A stretch of DNA of 63,009 bases, the filler included, from Octopus bimaculoides (taxonomy: Eukaryota): NCBI RefSeq assembly GCF_001194135.2. It is 4 parts of 4 records of this genome, joined end to end, with 100 filler letters (N's around TTAATTAATTAA, not from the genome) between each part and the next. Parts side by side here need not be neighbours in the genome. Positions count along the whole stretch, not along the records: positions 1 to 29,459 come from NC_068981.1; positions 29,560 to 56,316 come from NC_069007.1; 2 more parts are not named here. One strand, given 5' to 3'. The translations under genes and the position numbers were made by a program. This document shows positions 25,500 through 38,890 of this stretch, piece by piece; the first letter of the stretch is position 1; each line of letters opens with the position of its first letter. The notes beneath the pieces were generated by a model. It ran no database searches and was not told where the DNA came from. It worked only from the letters and a program-made list of their open reading frames with translations.

Positions 25500-26700
25500 G
25501 CCCTGGATATCATAGCAGCTCGAGTAACTCACTTGCTAGAAAGTAACAGCCTACTTATTTCCTACCATTATGGTTTCCGCAATGGCAGAGTCTGTTTAAC
25601 GCAGCTCTTGCATCACTCTAATGATATTTTAAAGGTCTTGGGAGAGGGCTCCAATGCAGATGCCATATATCTCGACTGCAGCAAGGCTTTCAACAAGGTT
25701 GACCACAGGGTCCTGTGAGAGAAACTATCGACGTTGGAGTCCGAGTGAAACTATAAAAGTGGATTGAATGTTTTCTAGTGAACAGAACACATTTGGTGAT
25801 CTATAGTGTTCGATCATACTCAGCAAATCATCACTGGAGTCCTACAAGGCACTGTATTGGCTCCACTCCTTTTCGCTATTTACATTGATATCATTGACGT
25901 CATCAAACACAGCAGCATTAGAATTTTCGCCGATGACTCGAAGCTTTTGAAGGTCATCGACAAGTTAGGAGACCAGACAAATCTCCAATCTCTTCTGATC
26001 GCTGTTATCTAATGGGCGGGAAAACACAATATGCTGCTTAATAAAAATAAATTGAAATTAATCCACGTCGGTAAAGAGGTTGCACTTACGCTGCCATACG
26101 TTCTTCTCTCGAGCGAGAACCTCGTAGCATCAAACACAGCTAGGGACTTCAGAGTAACTTTCGACCAAAACTTAAGCTGGAGGGCCCACATAAATAGTAA
26201 AGTTTACATAGCCTGTAGAGCGTGCCTCTGGATTCACCGGACCTTCCAGTTTAGAGATGTTCGCACCATTATCCTTGTCTTCTCTATCTTTGTCCGTCAT
26301 CACTTTGAATACTGTTGCCCGCTGTGGTCTCTCTTCACGAAACAAAATATTATAAAAATTGAAGCACCCCAGAGATCAGACGATAGACGACATGACAGCC
26401 TTGGTTATTGGGAATGGCTCGAGAAATTCAAACTTTATTCCCTTCAACGCCGCCCGAAGAACTATAGCACATGTATGCTGTGGGAAATATTCCGACAACA
26501 TTGCCCAAATAATGTTGGCAATAACTTGTGAGTGTCACTGTGTGTTGATAGAGAGAGTGGGAAGAGGGTCAAAATGGGTGTTGATAGATAATATACGCAC
26601 AAAGGATTCTTATGTGAATAGATGCACATACTTGGGTGTATGTATCGGCAGTTCAATCAACACACTAACTCAACCATATATTTACAAACACTGAGAAATC
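25500..26700 (+). pseudogene. CR1-group LINE reverse-transcriptase fragment
   Basis: Translates as YGFRNGRVCLTQLL, YLDCSKAFNKVDH, GVLQGTVLAPLLFAIYI, FADDSKL, VRHHFEYCCPLWS and KLYSLQRR. Confidence 0.92.
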
Positions 26701-26914
26701 TCTTAACTCAAAATGTCTTCTTGCTTTATTAGCAACCGTCTTGAACTCTCTCAAGAAGAACTTAAATTAAACTCACAGAAAAAAACATATGTACACACAC
26801 ACCCTTCTGCTGAATTTCATTTCCTATATATATGTGTGTTTATTCATTGGTAATGCTTTTATATGTATATACATAAGTGTAAATATTTTACGAAATAAAT
26901 TACACTTCATGTTT

Positions 26915-26997
26915 GAAGCTCCGATGAAGCTATAGGGTAATACACAAACACTCAACTATGAGCGCATTGCATCTTATAGCAGGAACAGCTGTAAGCT
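26915..26997 (+). ncRNA. Degenerate hammerhead-like motif (Penelope-type)
   Basis: agct-CCGATGA-a-gctatag...ttatagc-a-GGAAC-agct-GTA-agct, with palindromic stem III ACAGCTGT. Two core positions deviate from consensus. Confidence 0.45.
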
Positions 26998-27180
26998 AAT
27001 GAAGTTCATAAGATAATCATTTATTTCCTTTGTCCATAGCTTTTCTGCAGTCGTCGTATTTTCAAAGAAAAAAATCAACCACATAGACTTTATTGGTGGT
27101 CATGAAATCAAAAACCTTCATACAGGTTAAACCCTTAAACAAAAACAAAACAGAACTATTCAGCCATAGAACCATAGAAC

Positions 27181-27990
27181 TACACGAGGGGGTTCTCTAT
27201 GGGCCAACCTGTGGTAGTTATGGCTTCCGCTGCTAGAAGCAACTTAATTCGACCCTCAGGCATCAGTCTACCGAGCGAGATCTTCAGTTGGCTGAAACGA
27301 AGGAACAGCGTGCTTCTGTGAAATGCTGTCTTCTGCTGGGGAAGACAACAGCCGAAACAGTTGCTATGCTTCAAACAGCTTACAGGAAAGCTACAATGAG
27401 CAAAACACAAGTGTATGAGGGGTTTCCACGCTTTAAGAATAGTTACTTGTCGCTTGAAGACTAACCGCATTCAGGACAACCGTCGACCTCCCGAACGAAT
27501 GCAAACATCATGAAAATTCATGAAATGACCTTGGAGGACCATCGCTGAACAATTGACGAACTTGTTGATATGACTGGTGTGTCCTGGAGTTCCTGCCAAC
27601 GAATTTTGAGCGAAGAATTGCGTGTGAAAAGAGTTACAGCAAAATTTGAGCCTCGCATGCTTACAGAAGATCAAATGTAGTCACGACTGAATGCGTGTCG
27701 TGAACTGAAAGAACAGCTGGAAGTTGATCCCAGACCCTTTTTCGAAGGTCATCACTGGTGACGAAAGCTGGTGCTACGGAATTTGGAGATGTGTAAGAGG
27801 AGAAGAAGAAAAAAACGACGGAGACGTTAAAAGATATCACCTCGCAAGGGTTTCAACACGGCTTCGAATAGTGGAAAACGCGCCTGGACCGATGCATTGC
27901 TTCAAATGGAGAATACTTTGAAGGCGATAAAAGTGTGTAAACATAAACCTAAGTGAATTAAATAATATTGCAAAATTCCTTGTACATATA
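27181..27990 (+). mobile_element. Internally deleted mariner
   Basis: Translates as EQRASVKCC...KTQVYEGFPRFK...KVITGDESWCYG and jumps straight to the C-terminal WKTRLDRCIASNGEYFEGD, so most of the catalytic domain is missing. Confidence 0.88.
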
Positions 27991-29503
27991 TCCGGCCATT
28001 TCAAAGCATAACTACAGGAGATATTTATTTATTATTTACTCATTCACTTTGTTATTGTCTATTTATTGCGTGGCAGGGTGTCAATATCGAATATTATGAT
28101 CTACTGTTTACCATTGCGTCTGACGTGAAAGTTTACAAATGGTTGTATGTACATTAAATATCAACATGTGTTTGCAAGTACAATTGACAGTCTGGGTAAC
28201 AACTATGGCAGATTGGAATGTCTTTAGAAGTACTGCCATAAAAGTACACGAAAACTAGGTTAGCGCAAACAGTAAATTTTCGTATTACACAAATCCAACA
28301 TCTCGCAGCAATTCAAACAAATTAAATACGATGCGTGTGTGTGTGTGTGTGTGTGCGGAAAGAAACCCGGATATATTTTAAAACAGTACTCATACACACA
28401 TGCGCACTCACACACACAACACACACATGCTTAATATATGTATATATGTGTTTTCATGCATATACGTACGCATGTATGTACATATGTATGCATGTATGTA
28501 TGTATGTATGTATGTATTTATGTACATTAATGTCTCAGAGCTATGTTCTGTTCGATACGATAACCACTGTGTGGGGGTGAAGTGTGGGAGAAAATGGGGT
28601 TGCATTTAGCGTGCTAGAGCTTGTAAGGATTCATTGTTCGAATACTGGATAGGAAATCCGAGAGTATATTAAGTACAAAAAATAAGTGGGGGCTGCACTT
28701 TGTGTTCCATGGGGGTCATATGTGAGTGGGTAGATTAGCCAAGATACTTCCTGCAATTCCTGTTGGCTGTTGAACTCGGATTTTATAGGAATTGTCTTTT
28801 TAATCTTCATGTTCCTGACATTCAGGTCTGCATCTTTAATGTCTCAAATAGAAATTGTGATAGCCTGGCTCTGATATTGATCAATAAACTAAAAGAAGCA
28901 ACTCAGAGTGACCAGTAGCATGAATATAGACAATAATGACTAATAAAAGTGTATTGAATACTATATATATAGTAATTTCAGCGGTAGAATAGCCACTACA
29001 ATCCGAAGAACCGAGCGGCTGAATACATGCATCTAGACTACCCAGGATCTTTCCGACAGGAAATGCTTATTAAAGAAGCAACCCTACCCACAATATCCAC
29101 AGTCTATGATCGCTAACTAACTGCCCCATTTAAACAAATGCATTCTCGTTTGAATTAAGCAAATTACCCTAGACCATGAATTTTTTTCCACTCTTTTTTG
29201 TGTATGTGGAAGTCTCATGTCTGCTGGAGTTAGGGTACGATAAACCGGTGTGCTGATGATGACATTTGACACAGGATCACGTCTTCATATCTGTCTGCTT
29301 GCCTCCAAACAATCAGATTGACATTCTTAATAATGTGCCATTACATACATACGTACATACATACATACACACACACGCACACACATACATACATGCATAC
29401 ATACATACATATACACACACACACACACATACATATATATACACAAACACACACATACANNNNNNNNNNNNNNNNNNNNNNNNNNNNNNNNNNNNNNNNN
29501 NNN

Positions 29504-29515
29504 TTAATTAATTAA
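29504..29515. other. Assembly gap linker TTAATTAATTAA
   Basis: Flanked by exactly 44 N on each side (100 bp total); the same layout recurs at 56361 and 61361. Confidence 0.9.
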
Positions 29516-29624
29516 NNNNNNNNNNNNNNNNNNNNNNNNNNNNNNNNNNNNNNNNNNNNTATATATATACACAGATTTTTGGCAACTCTTTAGAACAATT
29601 TTTTATTATTAGAATTTCGTTCAT

Positions 29625-29830
29625 AGCATTTAGCTGGCAGAATCGTTAAATATGCTGCACAAATGCCGAGCAGCATTTTTTTTCAGTTGTTTAGTTCTGA
29701 GTTCAAATGTCACCAATGTCGACTTTTCCTTTTATCCTTTCAGTGTTGATAAAAATAAAATATCAGTTGAAAATCAGGATCAATATAATCAACTTAGACC
29801 CTTCTGTAAAATTGCTGGCGTTATTTAGAG
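29625..29830 (+). mobile_element. SINE family A, degenerate
   Basis: gctggcagaatcgttaaa...ttctgagttcaaat...gtcgacttttccttttatcctttcag. Confidence 0.75.
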
Positions 29831-31375
29831 CTGACAGAATTGTGAGAGCGGCTGAACGAAAATACTTCATGGTGTCTCTTCCAGTTCTTAGTGTATTTAA
29901 ATTATATAATTAAGATTTTGTTCCTGAGATCTCCAAGATGGTAATTCCATTTGTCTGAAGGTAAATTCGGTAAAATTTCCATATCGACAAGATAACATTC
30001 TGTTCAGATGGAGTTGTCTTACAATAGATGACTCCTACATCGTGCTTTTGTCTTTGGGACTGCAGACAGGTGTGGCTCCATACAGCACCACACCATGGTA
30101 CATTCCATAAGACTTGTCCCTTGCAGGATACCGATTCTTGGTGGACCTAGTAAATGTAAGAGAATTTTCTAGGAATATGAAGATATGCATGTGTGCATAT
30201 AAATACATATATATATATATGTATATATTTATATATATACACACACTTGTCAAAAGTTAAGTATATTTGCCAGAGACAGTTTAGCGCCACTTCATCTTGA
30301 TGTTTTTCCCTCTCAGCACCAGATGCCAGCTTACCCTCTCTAAGGACCCTATACTTATTGTAAACTCTCTCTGGACCCTGAATTTTATACAATATCCATC
30401 CTTCCTTCCTTCCATCCATCTATCTCTTGTTTTTTTTTTTTTTTCCTGTCTAGTGACCAATGTTAGGTTTAAGAAACCAATATATCCAAAAGCACTTTCA
30501 TTAGTTAATCTGCTTTTTAGAAGAGATTAAAGACTTGCGAGAACAGTCTGCTTGTGCNNNNNNNNNNNNNNNNNNNNNNNNNNNNNNNNNNNNNNNNNNN
30601 NNNNNNNNNNNNNNNNNNNNNNNNNNNNNNNNNNNNNNNNNNNNNNNNNNNNNNNNNNNNNNNNNNNNNNNNNNNNNNNNNNNNNNNNNNNNNNNNNNNN
30701 NNNNNNNNNNNNNNNNNNNNNNNNNNNNNNNNNNNNNNNNNNNNNNNNNNNNNNNNNNNNNNNNNNNNNNNNNNNNNNNNNNNNNNNNNNNNNNNNNNNN
30801 NNNNNNNNNNNNNNNNNNNNNNNNNNNNNNNNNNNNNNNNNNNNNNNNNNNNNNNNNNNNNNNNNNNNNNNNNNNNNNNNNNNNNNNNNNNNNNNNNNNN
30901 NNNNNNNNNNNNNNNNNNNNNNNNNNNNNNNNNNNNNNNNNNNNNNNNNNNNNNNNNNNNNNNNNNNNNNNNNNNNNNNNNNNNNNNNNNNNNNNNNNNN
31001 NNNNNNNNNNNNNNNNNNNNNNNNNNNNNNNNNNNNNNNNNNNNNNNNNNNNNNNNNNNNNNNNNNNNNNNNNNNNNNNNNNNNNNNNNNNNNNNNNNNN
31101 NNNNNNNNNNNNNNNNNNNNNNNNNNNNNNNNNNNNNNNNNNNNNNNNNNNNNNNNNNNNNNNNNNNNNNNNNNNNNNNNNNNNNNNNNNNTCTATCTCT
31201 TGTACATTGAATTTCATATACTGTAAAAAAAAAAAATAATAATAATAAAAGTTTAAAATAAAATTTGTATATAATTCATGATACCCTGAGTTTGTTGTAA
31301 TTTAATTAATTAATTTTTTTTCTGAAAGTGATGAGGTCATTAACTTAGCATTTAATCCAACCATAATATTCTTGT

Positions 31376-31487
31376 CTGTGGAGTGCTCAGCCACTTGCAC
31401 GTTAATTTCACGAGCAGGCTGTTCCGTTGATCGGATCAACTGAAACCCTCGATGTCATAAGCGACGGAGTGCCAACAACAACAACAA
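31376..31487 (+). mobile_element. SINE family C, 3' tail fragment
   Basis: Near-identical to 13036-13143 and ends in (aca)n. Confidence 0.8.
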
Positions 31488-31499
31488 TATTCTTGTCTG

Positions 31500-31830
31500 T
31501 ATGTTCAAACCAGCTGCAAACTGGCTTCTTACACCTTGGTGAGAGAAGCTGCCAATGATGACAGCAATTTCGCCATTAATGGCCCAGTCCTTCCCAAACG
31601 CCACGGGTTGGAAAAGGTAGTTCACTGCCCGGTCCCCGATACTTCAGAATTTTATTCTGTTCGGCTTCGGAAGCAGTGACCCTCCCATTTACCACAGCAT
31701 CCAAGATGTGGGAGGGAGAAAAAGAGTCACAGACCGTGGTGTCCCTGATGAGGCACCTACCTCTTACCCAGGGGCAGAGGCTAAGGCCATCCGGTCTCTT
31801 CCCATTACTTCTGGATAATCCCGCCGTTGG
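31500..31830 (-). pseudogene. CRE-clade-like non-LTR retrotransposon RLE fragment
   Basis: Minus strand reads GLSRSNGKRPDGLSLCPWVRGRCLIRDTTVCDSFSPSHI, then after a frameshift YLFQPVAF. This matches the GKRPDG-x-T/S-L-x-PW-xx-G-x-L-x-WD-x-T motif as I recall it. Confidence 0.75.
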
Positions 31831-31847
31831 AGAACTGTCTGTCTGTC

Positions 31848-31878
<31 letters not shown>

Positions 31879-31883
31879 TTATC

Positions 31884-31914
<31 letters not shown>

Positions 31915-33111
31915 TTATCTATCTATCTGTCTATCTATTTGTCTGTCTGTCTGTGTATCTATCTGCCTGTCTGTCTCTCTTTCTGTCTGCATGCCTGCCT
32001 GCCTGTGTATCTGTTGATCGATGTCTATCGATCTGTCTGGCTGTCTGTTACTGTGTGTGAGATGGGGGAAAGAGAGAGAGAGAAGGGGGAAAAGGCTATA
32101 TATACTACAGATTAATATTTTGAATCACAAACTGGCGCAATGACCCTCTCAGTATGCAACAGGATATATATATATATATATATATATACATTGTTACGCA
32201 ATATATAAACAAACATTTATGTAAACATTGGCTGTATGTGTGTATAATGCAATGCATGTATTTGTATATGTGCGATGAGTGAATGTGCATGCATTAAACA
32301 CGCGGTGCGTGCGTCCTACAAAATGACCTGAATTAAGGCGGATACTATTAAAAGGTCGGTTATCAAGTTCCTGTCTCGTCGACATATTTACATGTGAGCG
32401 GTAGTGGGACACGCTAGAAATAGCAGCCAAAATATCCCTCGAATTACAGCTTGCTATCTGAAAGAAGCCGGGGTATGTAGGTAATACCTTTTCCGGCGAA
32501 AGTAAAGAATACGCACACCCGGTGTTTAGGGTTTGAAAGAAGTTTCTATAAAACTAGTTTCTAACCCTTTTCAGACACACGGTGTTTTGGTATGTGTACC
32601 CCCACCCCAAAAAAACGCAAAGTTTCATTCTGCTGTGATCTCTAGCGGAGCTACAGTGTGTGCCACCCGGGGTGGCCCTTCTGTTTACCGNNNNNNNNNN
32701 NNNNNNNNNNNNNNNNNNNNNNNNNNNNNNNNNNNNNNNNNNNNNNNNNNNNNNNNNNNNNNNNNNNNNNNNNNNNNNNNNNNNNNNNNNNNNNNNNNNN
32801 NNNNNNNNNNNNNNNNNNNNNNNNNNNNNNNNNNNNNNNNNNNNNNNNNNNNNNNNNNNNNNNNNNNNNNNNNNNNNNNNNNNNNNNNNNNNNNNNNNNN
32901 NNNNNNNNNNNNNNNNNNNNNNNNNNNNNNNNNNNNNNNNNNNNNNNNNNNNNNNNNNNNNNNNNNNNNNNNNNNNNNNAATTACTTTATTACTATGTAA
33001 AATGATATATTTTCTTTTTCTTTGCATCAGTCATTTGACTGCGGCCATGCTGGAGCACCGCCTTTAGTCTGGGGGGGCCATTATAGCCCCCGGTTGAGAA
33101 CTTTGCTATAA

Positions 33112-33390
33112 ACAAAGGCGGCGACCTGGTAGAAACGTTAGCACGCCGGACGAAATGCTTAGCGGTCGGTGTTTCGTCTGTCTGTTTTGTACCATTCTAT
33201 GTTTAGCCCCCACGTGGACAATAAAGAAATTGGTATTTCGTCTGTCTTTACGTTCTGAGTTCGACTTTGCCTTTCATCCTTTCGGGGTCGATAAATTAAG
33301 TCCCAGTTGCGCACTGGGTCGATGTAATCGGCTGCCCCCCCTCCCCCAACATTTCGGACGTTGTGCCTAGAGCAGAAAAGAATATTCCTT
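33112..33390 (+). mobile_element. SINE family A with a nested 48-bp insertion
   Basis: tRNA-like head, then gtcgactttgcctttcatcctttcggggtcgataaattaag. The insert 33184-33231 lies between ggt(g/a)tttcgtctgtct repeats. Confidence 0.85.
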
Positions 33391-34489
33391 TAAAAACAAT
33401 TCTGGATGTGTATGGAATTATAATCGAAGACTAACATTAACTTTGTCATTAGTCATTTGGAATGTTAATAAAATAAAGTAGCAGTGAAATACTGGGGTAG
33501 ATTTAACATCCCTTTAAAATATCCTAAATGTAAATGGAATTCTAATGGAAGACTAAAGACTAACTTGGTGTTTCGACCTTCTGGAGTTAATAAAATAGAT
33601 GTCTTAAGACGAATAAAAGTAGATTACGGCTTGACCCTGGCCTAAACAGCTGAAACGATATCCTCTGTCTCTGTCTGTCTGTCTCTCTCTCAGTGTCAAA
33701 TACATCACGCCACTAGTTTTAAACAATAATCACTTTGTTGATTCTTTCGCTGTATATATGATATATATACATATATACACACGCGCACACACAGACGTTT
33801 TATATGCATATATTAGTTCTGCGTATACAACACACACACACATATATGTATATGCATCTATACGTTTATATATAAATGTAGCTGAGTGCGTGTGTGCACA
33901 ATGGTGCGAAATTGGTAAGTGGAGGGAAAAAAAAGAGAAAAGAGGAGAAAGAAACAACGAGATAGAAAAGGAGAGAGACAGAGACAGAGAGAGAGAGATG
34001 AAGGAAAGAGATAAAAGCGAGAGCGGGAATAAAAAAAACGAATAGAAGAGAATTAGACAAAGAGAGAGAAAGAGATATACGCGATAGAGTTAGAGAGAGA
34101 CAGAGAGAGAGAGAGAGAGAGGGAAGAAGCCGAGAAGGTGGGGGGTGGGGGTGAAAGAAAGGAGAAAGAAGCCCACGTGGCACTTAAAATAATCAGCTGA
34201 GTAACTGACAACAATATCAGGTGAGTTTGTTGTCTGAGCCAATGGGCGTAGAGTATATTGATCATGTGATTGTCACATGTACCGGTGTGTTTAGACACTG
34301 CAGCGACAACAGATATTCAATCTCTGTTGCGAGTGAATGAGCATAGAGAACAAACACACCTTATTCTAATTATTATTATTGTTATTGTTATTATTATTAT
34401 TGTTATTATATTTCGTCTTTTTCTTCTTCTTCTTCTTCTTCTTCTTCTTCTTCTTCTTCTTCTTCTTCTTCTTCTTCCACACATACAAC

Positions 34490-34851
34490 ATTTGGCTGTG
34501 TTGCGGTAAAAGAAGCTTGCTTCCCCAATCACACGGTCCCAGGTTCAGTCCCACTGCGTGGCCCTCGGGCCGAGCATAAGCCTTGTGAGTGGATTTGGTA
34601 GACGGAAACTGAAAGAAGCCCGTCCTATATATATATATATATGTAGGCGCAGGAGTGGCTGTGTGGTAAGTAGCTTGCTTACCAACCACACGGTTCCGGG
34701 TTCAGTCCCACTGCGTGGCACCTTGGGCAAAATGTCTNNNNNNNNNNTAAGTACTAGGCTTACAAAGAATAAGTCCTGGGGTCGATTTGATTCGACTAAA
34801 GGCGGTGCTCCAGCATGGCCGCAGTCAAATGACTTAAAAAAGTAAAAGAAA

Positions 34852-34889
<38 letters not shown>

Positions 34890-35345
34890 GTATCTATTTG
34901 TGTCTCTGTCCCCCTCACCATCGCTTGACAACCGATGTTGGTGTGTTTACGCTCCCGTAACTTAGCGGTTCAGCAAAAGTGACTGATAAAATAATAGGCT
35001 TACAAAGAATACGTCCTGGGGTCGAACCAACACATACCTTTTTAACTATTATTATTATTATTGTTATATTATTTATAATATATATTATTTATTTGCATAT
35101 TCTTCTTTTCCTTCTTTTTCTTCTTCTTCTTCGTCTTCTTTGTGTGTGTATATATATATTTTTGTATATATATTATATACACACACAGGACTAGCTGTGT
35201 TATAAAGAAGCTTGCTTCCCAACCACATGGTTCCGGGTTCAGTCTCACTGTGTGGCACCTTGGGCAAGTGTCTTTTACAAATAGCCTTGGGCCAACCACA
35301 GTCTTGAGTGGATTTGGTAGACGGAAACTGAAAGAAGCCCGTCGT
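34490..35345 (+). mobile_element. Cluster of nested SINE family B copies
   Basis: Three heads (34490, 34644, 35190) with A-box-like tggctgtgtgg and B-box-like ggttcagtccc, plus 3' halves, separated by microsatellites. Confidence 0.88.
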
Positions 35346-35472
35346 ATATATATATGTATGTATGTATATATTTCAAAACCTGAAATAAAGATTAAATAAA
35401 AAAGAGATAACAACGTGGTATACTTAAAATGGTATTTTATTCAACTTCTATCTTCTAATAAAATAAATAAGA

Positions 35473-35519
<47 letters not shown>

Positions 35520-35911
35520 NNNNNNNNNNNNNNNNNNNNNNNNNNNNNNNNNNNNNNNNNNNNNNNNNNNNNNNNNNNNNNNNNNNNNNNNNNNNNNNNN
35601 NNNNNNNNNNNNNNNNNNNNNNNNNNNNNNNNNNNNNNNNNNNNNNNNNNNNNNNNNNNNNNNNNNNNNNNNNNNNNNNNNNNNNNNNNNNNNNNNNNNN
35701 NNNNNNNNNNNNNNNNNNNNNNNNNNNNNNNNNNNNNNNNNNNNNNNNNNNNNNNNNNNNNNNNNNNNNNNNNNNNNNNNNNNNNNNNNNNNNNNNNNNN
35801 NNNNNNNNNNNNNNNNNNNNNNNNNNNNNNNNNNNNNNNNNNNNNNNNNNNNNNNNNNNNNNNNNNNNNNNNNNNNNNNNNNNNNNNNNNNNNNNNNNNN
35901 NNNNNNNNNNN

Positions 35912-35952
<41 letters not shown>

Positions 35953-35963
35953 AATATATATAC

Positions 35964-35995
<32 letters not shown>

Positions 35996-38282
35996 GTACG
36001 TATGTATATATATGTAGTTATAAATATATTTATATGTGTATAGATATAGATAGATAATAATCATATATACATTTATATATATGTGTGTATATATACATAC
36101 AAATATATGTATATGCCTACAGATATAGGTACATATACACACAAGCACATATACATATACATAGATATACACATACATACATGCATACATATATACATAT
36201 ATATATATGTATTTATGTAATTGCATCATATATAATGTATATCCATTATACTACATATGCAATGCAAGTGTTTATAAGTACATTGTATATATTGAATTGC
36301 TATTATATAGTAAATATAAATTAACTATACATACATGCAGACACACGCACACACACACACACACACACACACGCAGTGTTTGTGACACCAGTGATAGGTG
36401 AATCACTGTTTTTCTATATCAGAAGAGACTAAATTTGTCTAAGCATGCAGTTGCTTGTGAATACTTGCTACTAATGATGTGCAAGGATACAGAAATCCTG
36501 GGATCTAGTAATGTCTCTGCTGCTGTCGGACACGTTTTCCCTGCTACTGATACTTTTGTGCCTTTTAGCACTATACATTCATATGAGATGCTTTCCCAAG
36601 GCGAATACCACAGTTTCCAGTATTTCTACAGTACATTTGAATTAAACGGGATATACAGAATGCTAAGAAAAAATTTGAACTTCGTGATGTTACAAAAGAC
36701 ATAAAATATTCAACTCTGAGGAACAGATGGTGCTCCAGCAAGGCCTTAACTGTGATGGCTAATATTAATTAAGGAACTAAAGAACCAGATTCTGCTAGAA
36801 ATAGTACCCATTTGAACCAGTCTTAGAGGAACTCCTGACAGTAAATGTGTGTGTGTGTGTTTTTTTTGTTTGAAATAAGTCACTTTGTATGAATGGCAGT
36901 GAGACGTGGGGATTTACTGTCACTTTGGGTTTGATTAGTTCCAAAGAATGAAGGTAAGAAAGTGGTTAGATTAGTTATATGGGGGCTTGTACCAAATCTA
37001 GAGAGAGAGAGAGACAGACAGATAGATAAACAGACAGAAAGGCAGACTGATAGATAGATAGATAGATAGATACAGAGAGATAAATAGATAGATAGACAGA
37101 AAAAACAGGCAGACATATAGATAGATAAATAGAAAGATAGATAAGTGGATATATACACAGACACACATACACACACACACAAATATATATTCATATATAT
37201 ATTCATATATATANNNNNNNNNNNNNNNNNNNNNNNNNNNNNNNNNNNNNNNNNNNNNNNNNNNNNNNNNNNNNNNNNNNNNNNNNNNNNNNNNNNNNNN
37301 NNNNNNNNNNNNNNNNNNNNNNNNNNNNNNNNNNNNNNNNNNNNNNNNNNNNNNNNNNNNNNNNNNNNNNNNNNNNNNNNNNNNNNNNNNNNNNNNNNNN
37401 NNNNNNNNNNNNNNNNNNNNNNNNNNNNNNNNNNNNNNNNNNNNNNNNNNNNNNNNNNNNNNNNNNNNNNNNNNNNNNNNNNNNNNNNNNNNNNNNNNNN
37501 NNNNNNNNNNNNNNNNNNNNNNNNNNNNNNNNNNNNNNNNNNNNNNNNNNNNNNNNNNNNNNNNNNNNNNNNNNNNNNNNNNNNNNNNNNNNNNNNNNNN
37601 NNNNNNNNNNNNNNNNNNNNNNNNNNNNNNNNNNNNNNNNNNNNNNNNNNNNNNNNNNNNNNNNNNNNNNTATATATATAAATTAGGCATCTTGTGAGTC
37701 AGGATTTATTAAAATAAATATGAAAATCAATCAGTGACGTATTGGTCAGTAAAATTGATTGCTTATTGATATATACCCTCATAAACTGACTGTCTGTTGA
37801 AACGTCCTTTTTAACTGAATGTCTGTCGATAAGTTCCCCTTAATTGTTGGTTTTGTGGAATCTGGCTTAGTACACTCAGACGCTAGCAGTACCACCACAG
37901 ATTGATGTCCTGCAGTAAATTGTCCTCATAAAAAATCCTAATGTTGTTTTGTGAGAGAAATATAGAGTTTTTCCGTATGTCTTATTAAAGCATTTAATTT
38001 ATTCGTTCAGTAATTCTTTAATTTGTTTTAGCCATTAAAGCTAAAGATAAGGTCAAGCTGGAGCACACTTCCTATGTATGTGTGTATGTACATGTGTACG
38101 TGCGAATGTATGTATGTATCTGTATGTATTAAAATTGATATAATAATATATATATGCTGATATGTCTATATTATATATGTATCAAAATGTCTTTATTAGT
38201 AGTATAAAAATGAATATTATATATCAATATATATACGTATATGTATATATGTGTATAAATATATATGTATACACACAAACAC

Positions 38283-38430
38283 ATCATCATCATCATCATC
38301 ATCGTTTAACGTCCGCTTTCCATGCTAGCATGGGTTGGACGATTTGACTGAGGACTGGTGAAACCGGATGGCAACACCAGGCTCCAATCTAATTTGGCAG
38401 AGTTTCTACAGCTGGATGCCCTTCCTAATA
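38283..38430 (-). mobile_element. V-SINE-like 3' fragment with (CAT)n tail
   Basis: catcatcatcgtttaacgtccgctttccatgctagcatgggttggacg...ctggatgcccttcctaa. Confidence 0.7.
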
Positions 38431-38485
38431 AATATGTATANNNNNNNNNNNNNNNNNNNNNNNNNNNNNNNNNNNNNNNNNNNNN

Positions 38486-38542
<57 letters not shown>

Positions 38543-38669
38543 ATATATTTAAAAAGTAAAAGTGTAGAATTTCCAAAGGTAACCATTGGTAGCATTGTTA
38601 ATCAACACAAATACAAATGAAGATTGTATATATATATATATATATATTAATTGGTGTGTACAGTATTAT

Positions 38670-38890
38670 ATACTGATTACGGCAGATTTTACCAATTGTT
38701 TTTGCACAAGGTGTTCAATGGGATGTTACATAACAACACAATTATGCAACACTGAGCTCCCCAGAGCTGGTAGTTATGGAAGAGATCGCCAACTCTGAAG
38801 ACCACAGTGTTACATAATCAAGCTGTTATCTAACATCCCGTTGAAACTCTAGTGTGAAACCGATTGGTAAGATTGGCCATAATAGATATA
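38670..38890. mobile_element. Degenerate fold-back MITE
   Basis: ggcagattttaccaatt...tcaatgggatgttacataaca pairs with tgttatctaacatcccgttga...gattggtaagattggcc, and the inner attatgcaacactg pairs with cagtgttacataat. Confidence 0.7.

Noticed and set aside
29504-29515. TTAATTAATTAA islands (also 56361 and 61361) as conserved biological motifs
   Set aside because: The identical 44N-12-44N layout and stops in all six frames mark a scaffolding placeholder.
36435-36704. 89-aa ORF in unique-looking DNA, also open in the antisense register
   Set aside because: No recognisable motif and several mutually incompatible splice interpretations, so it cannot be supported.
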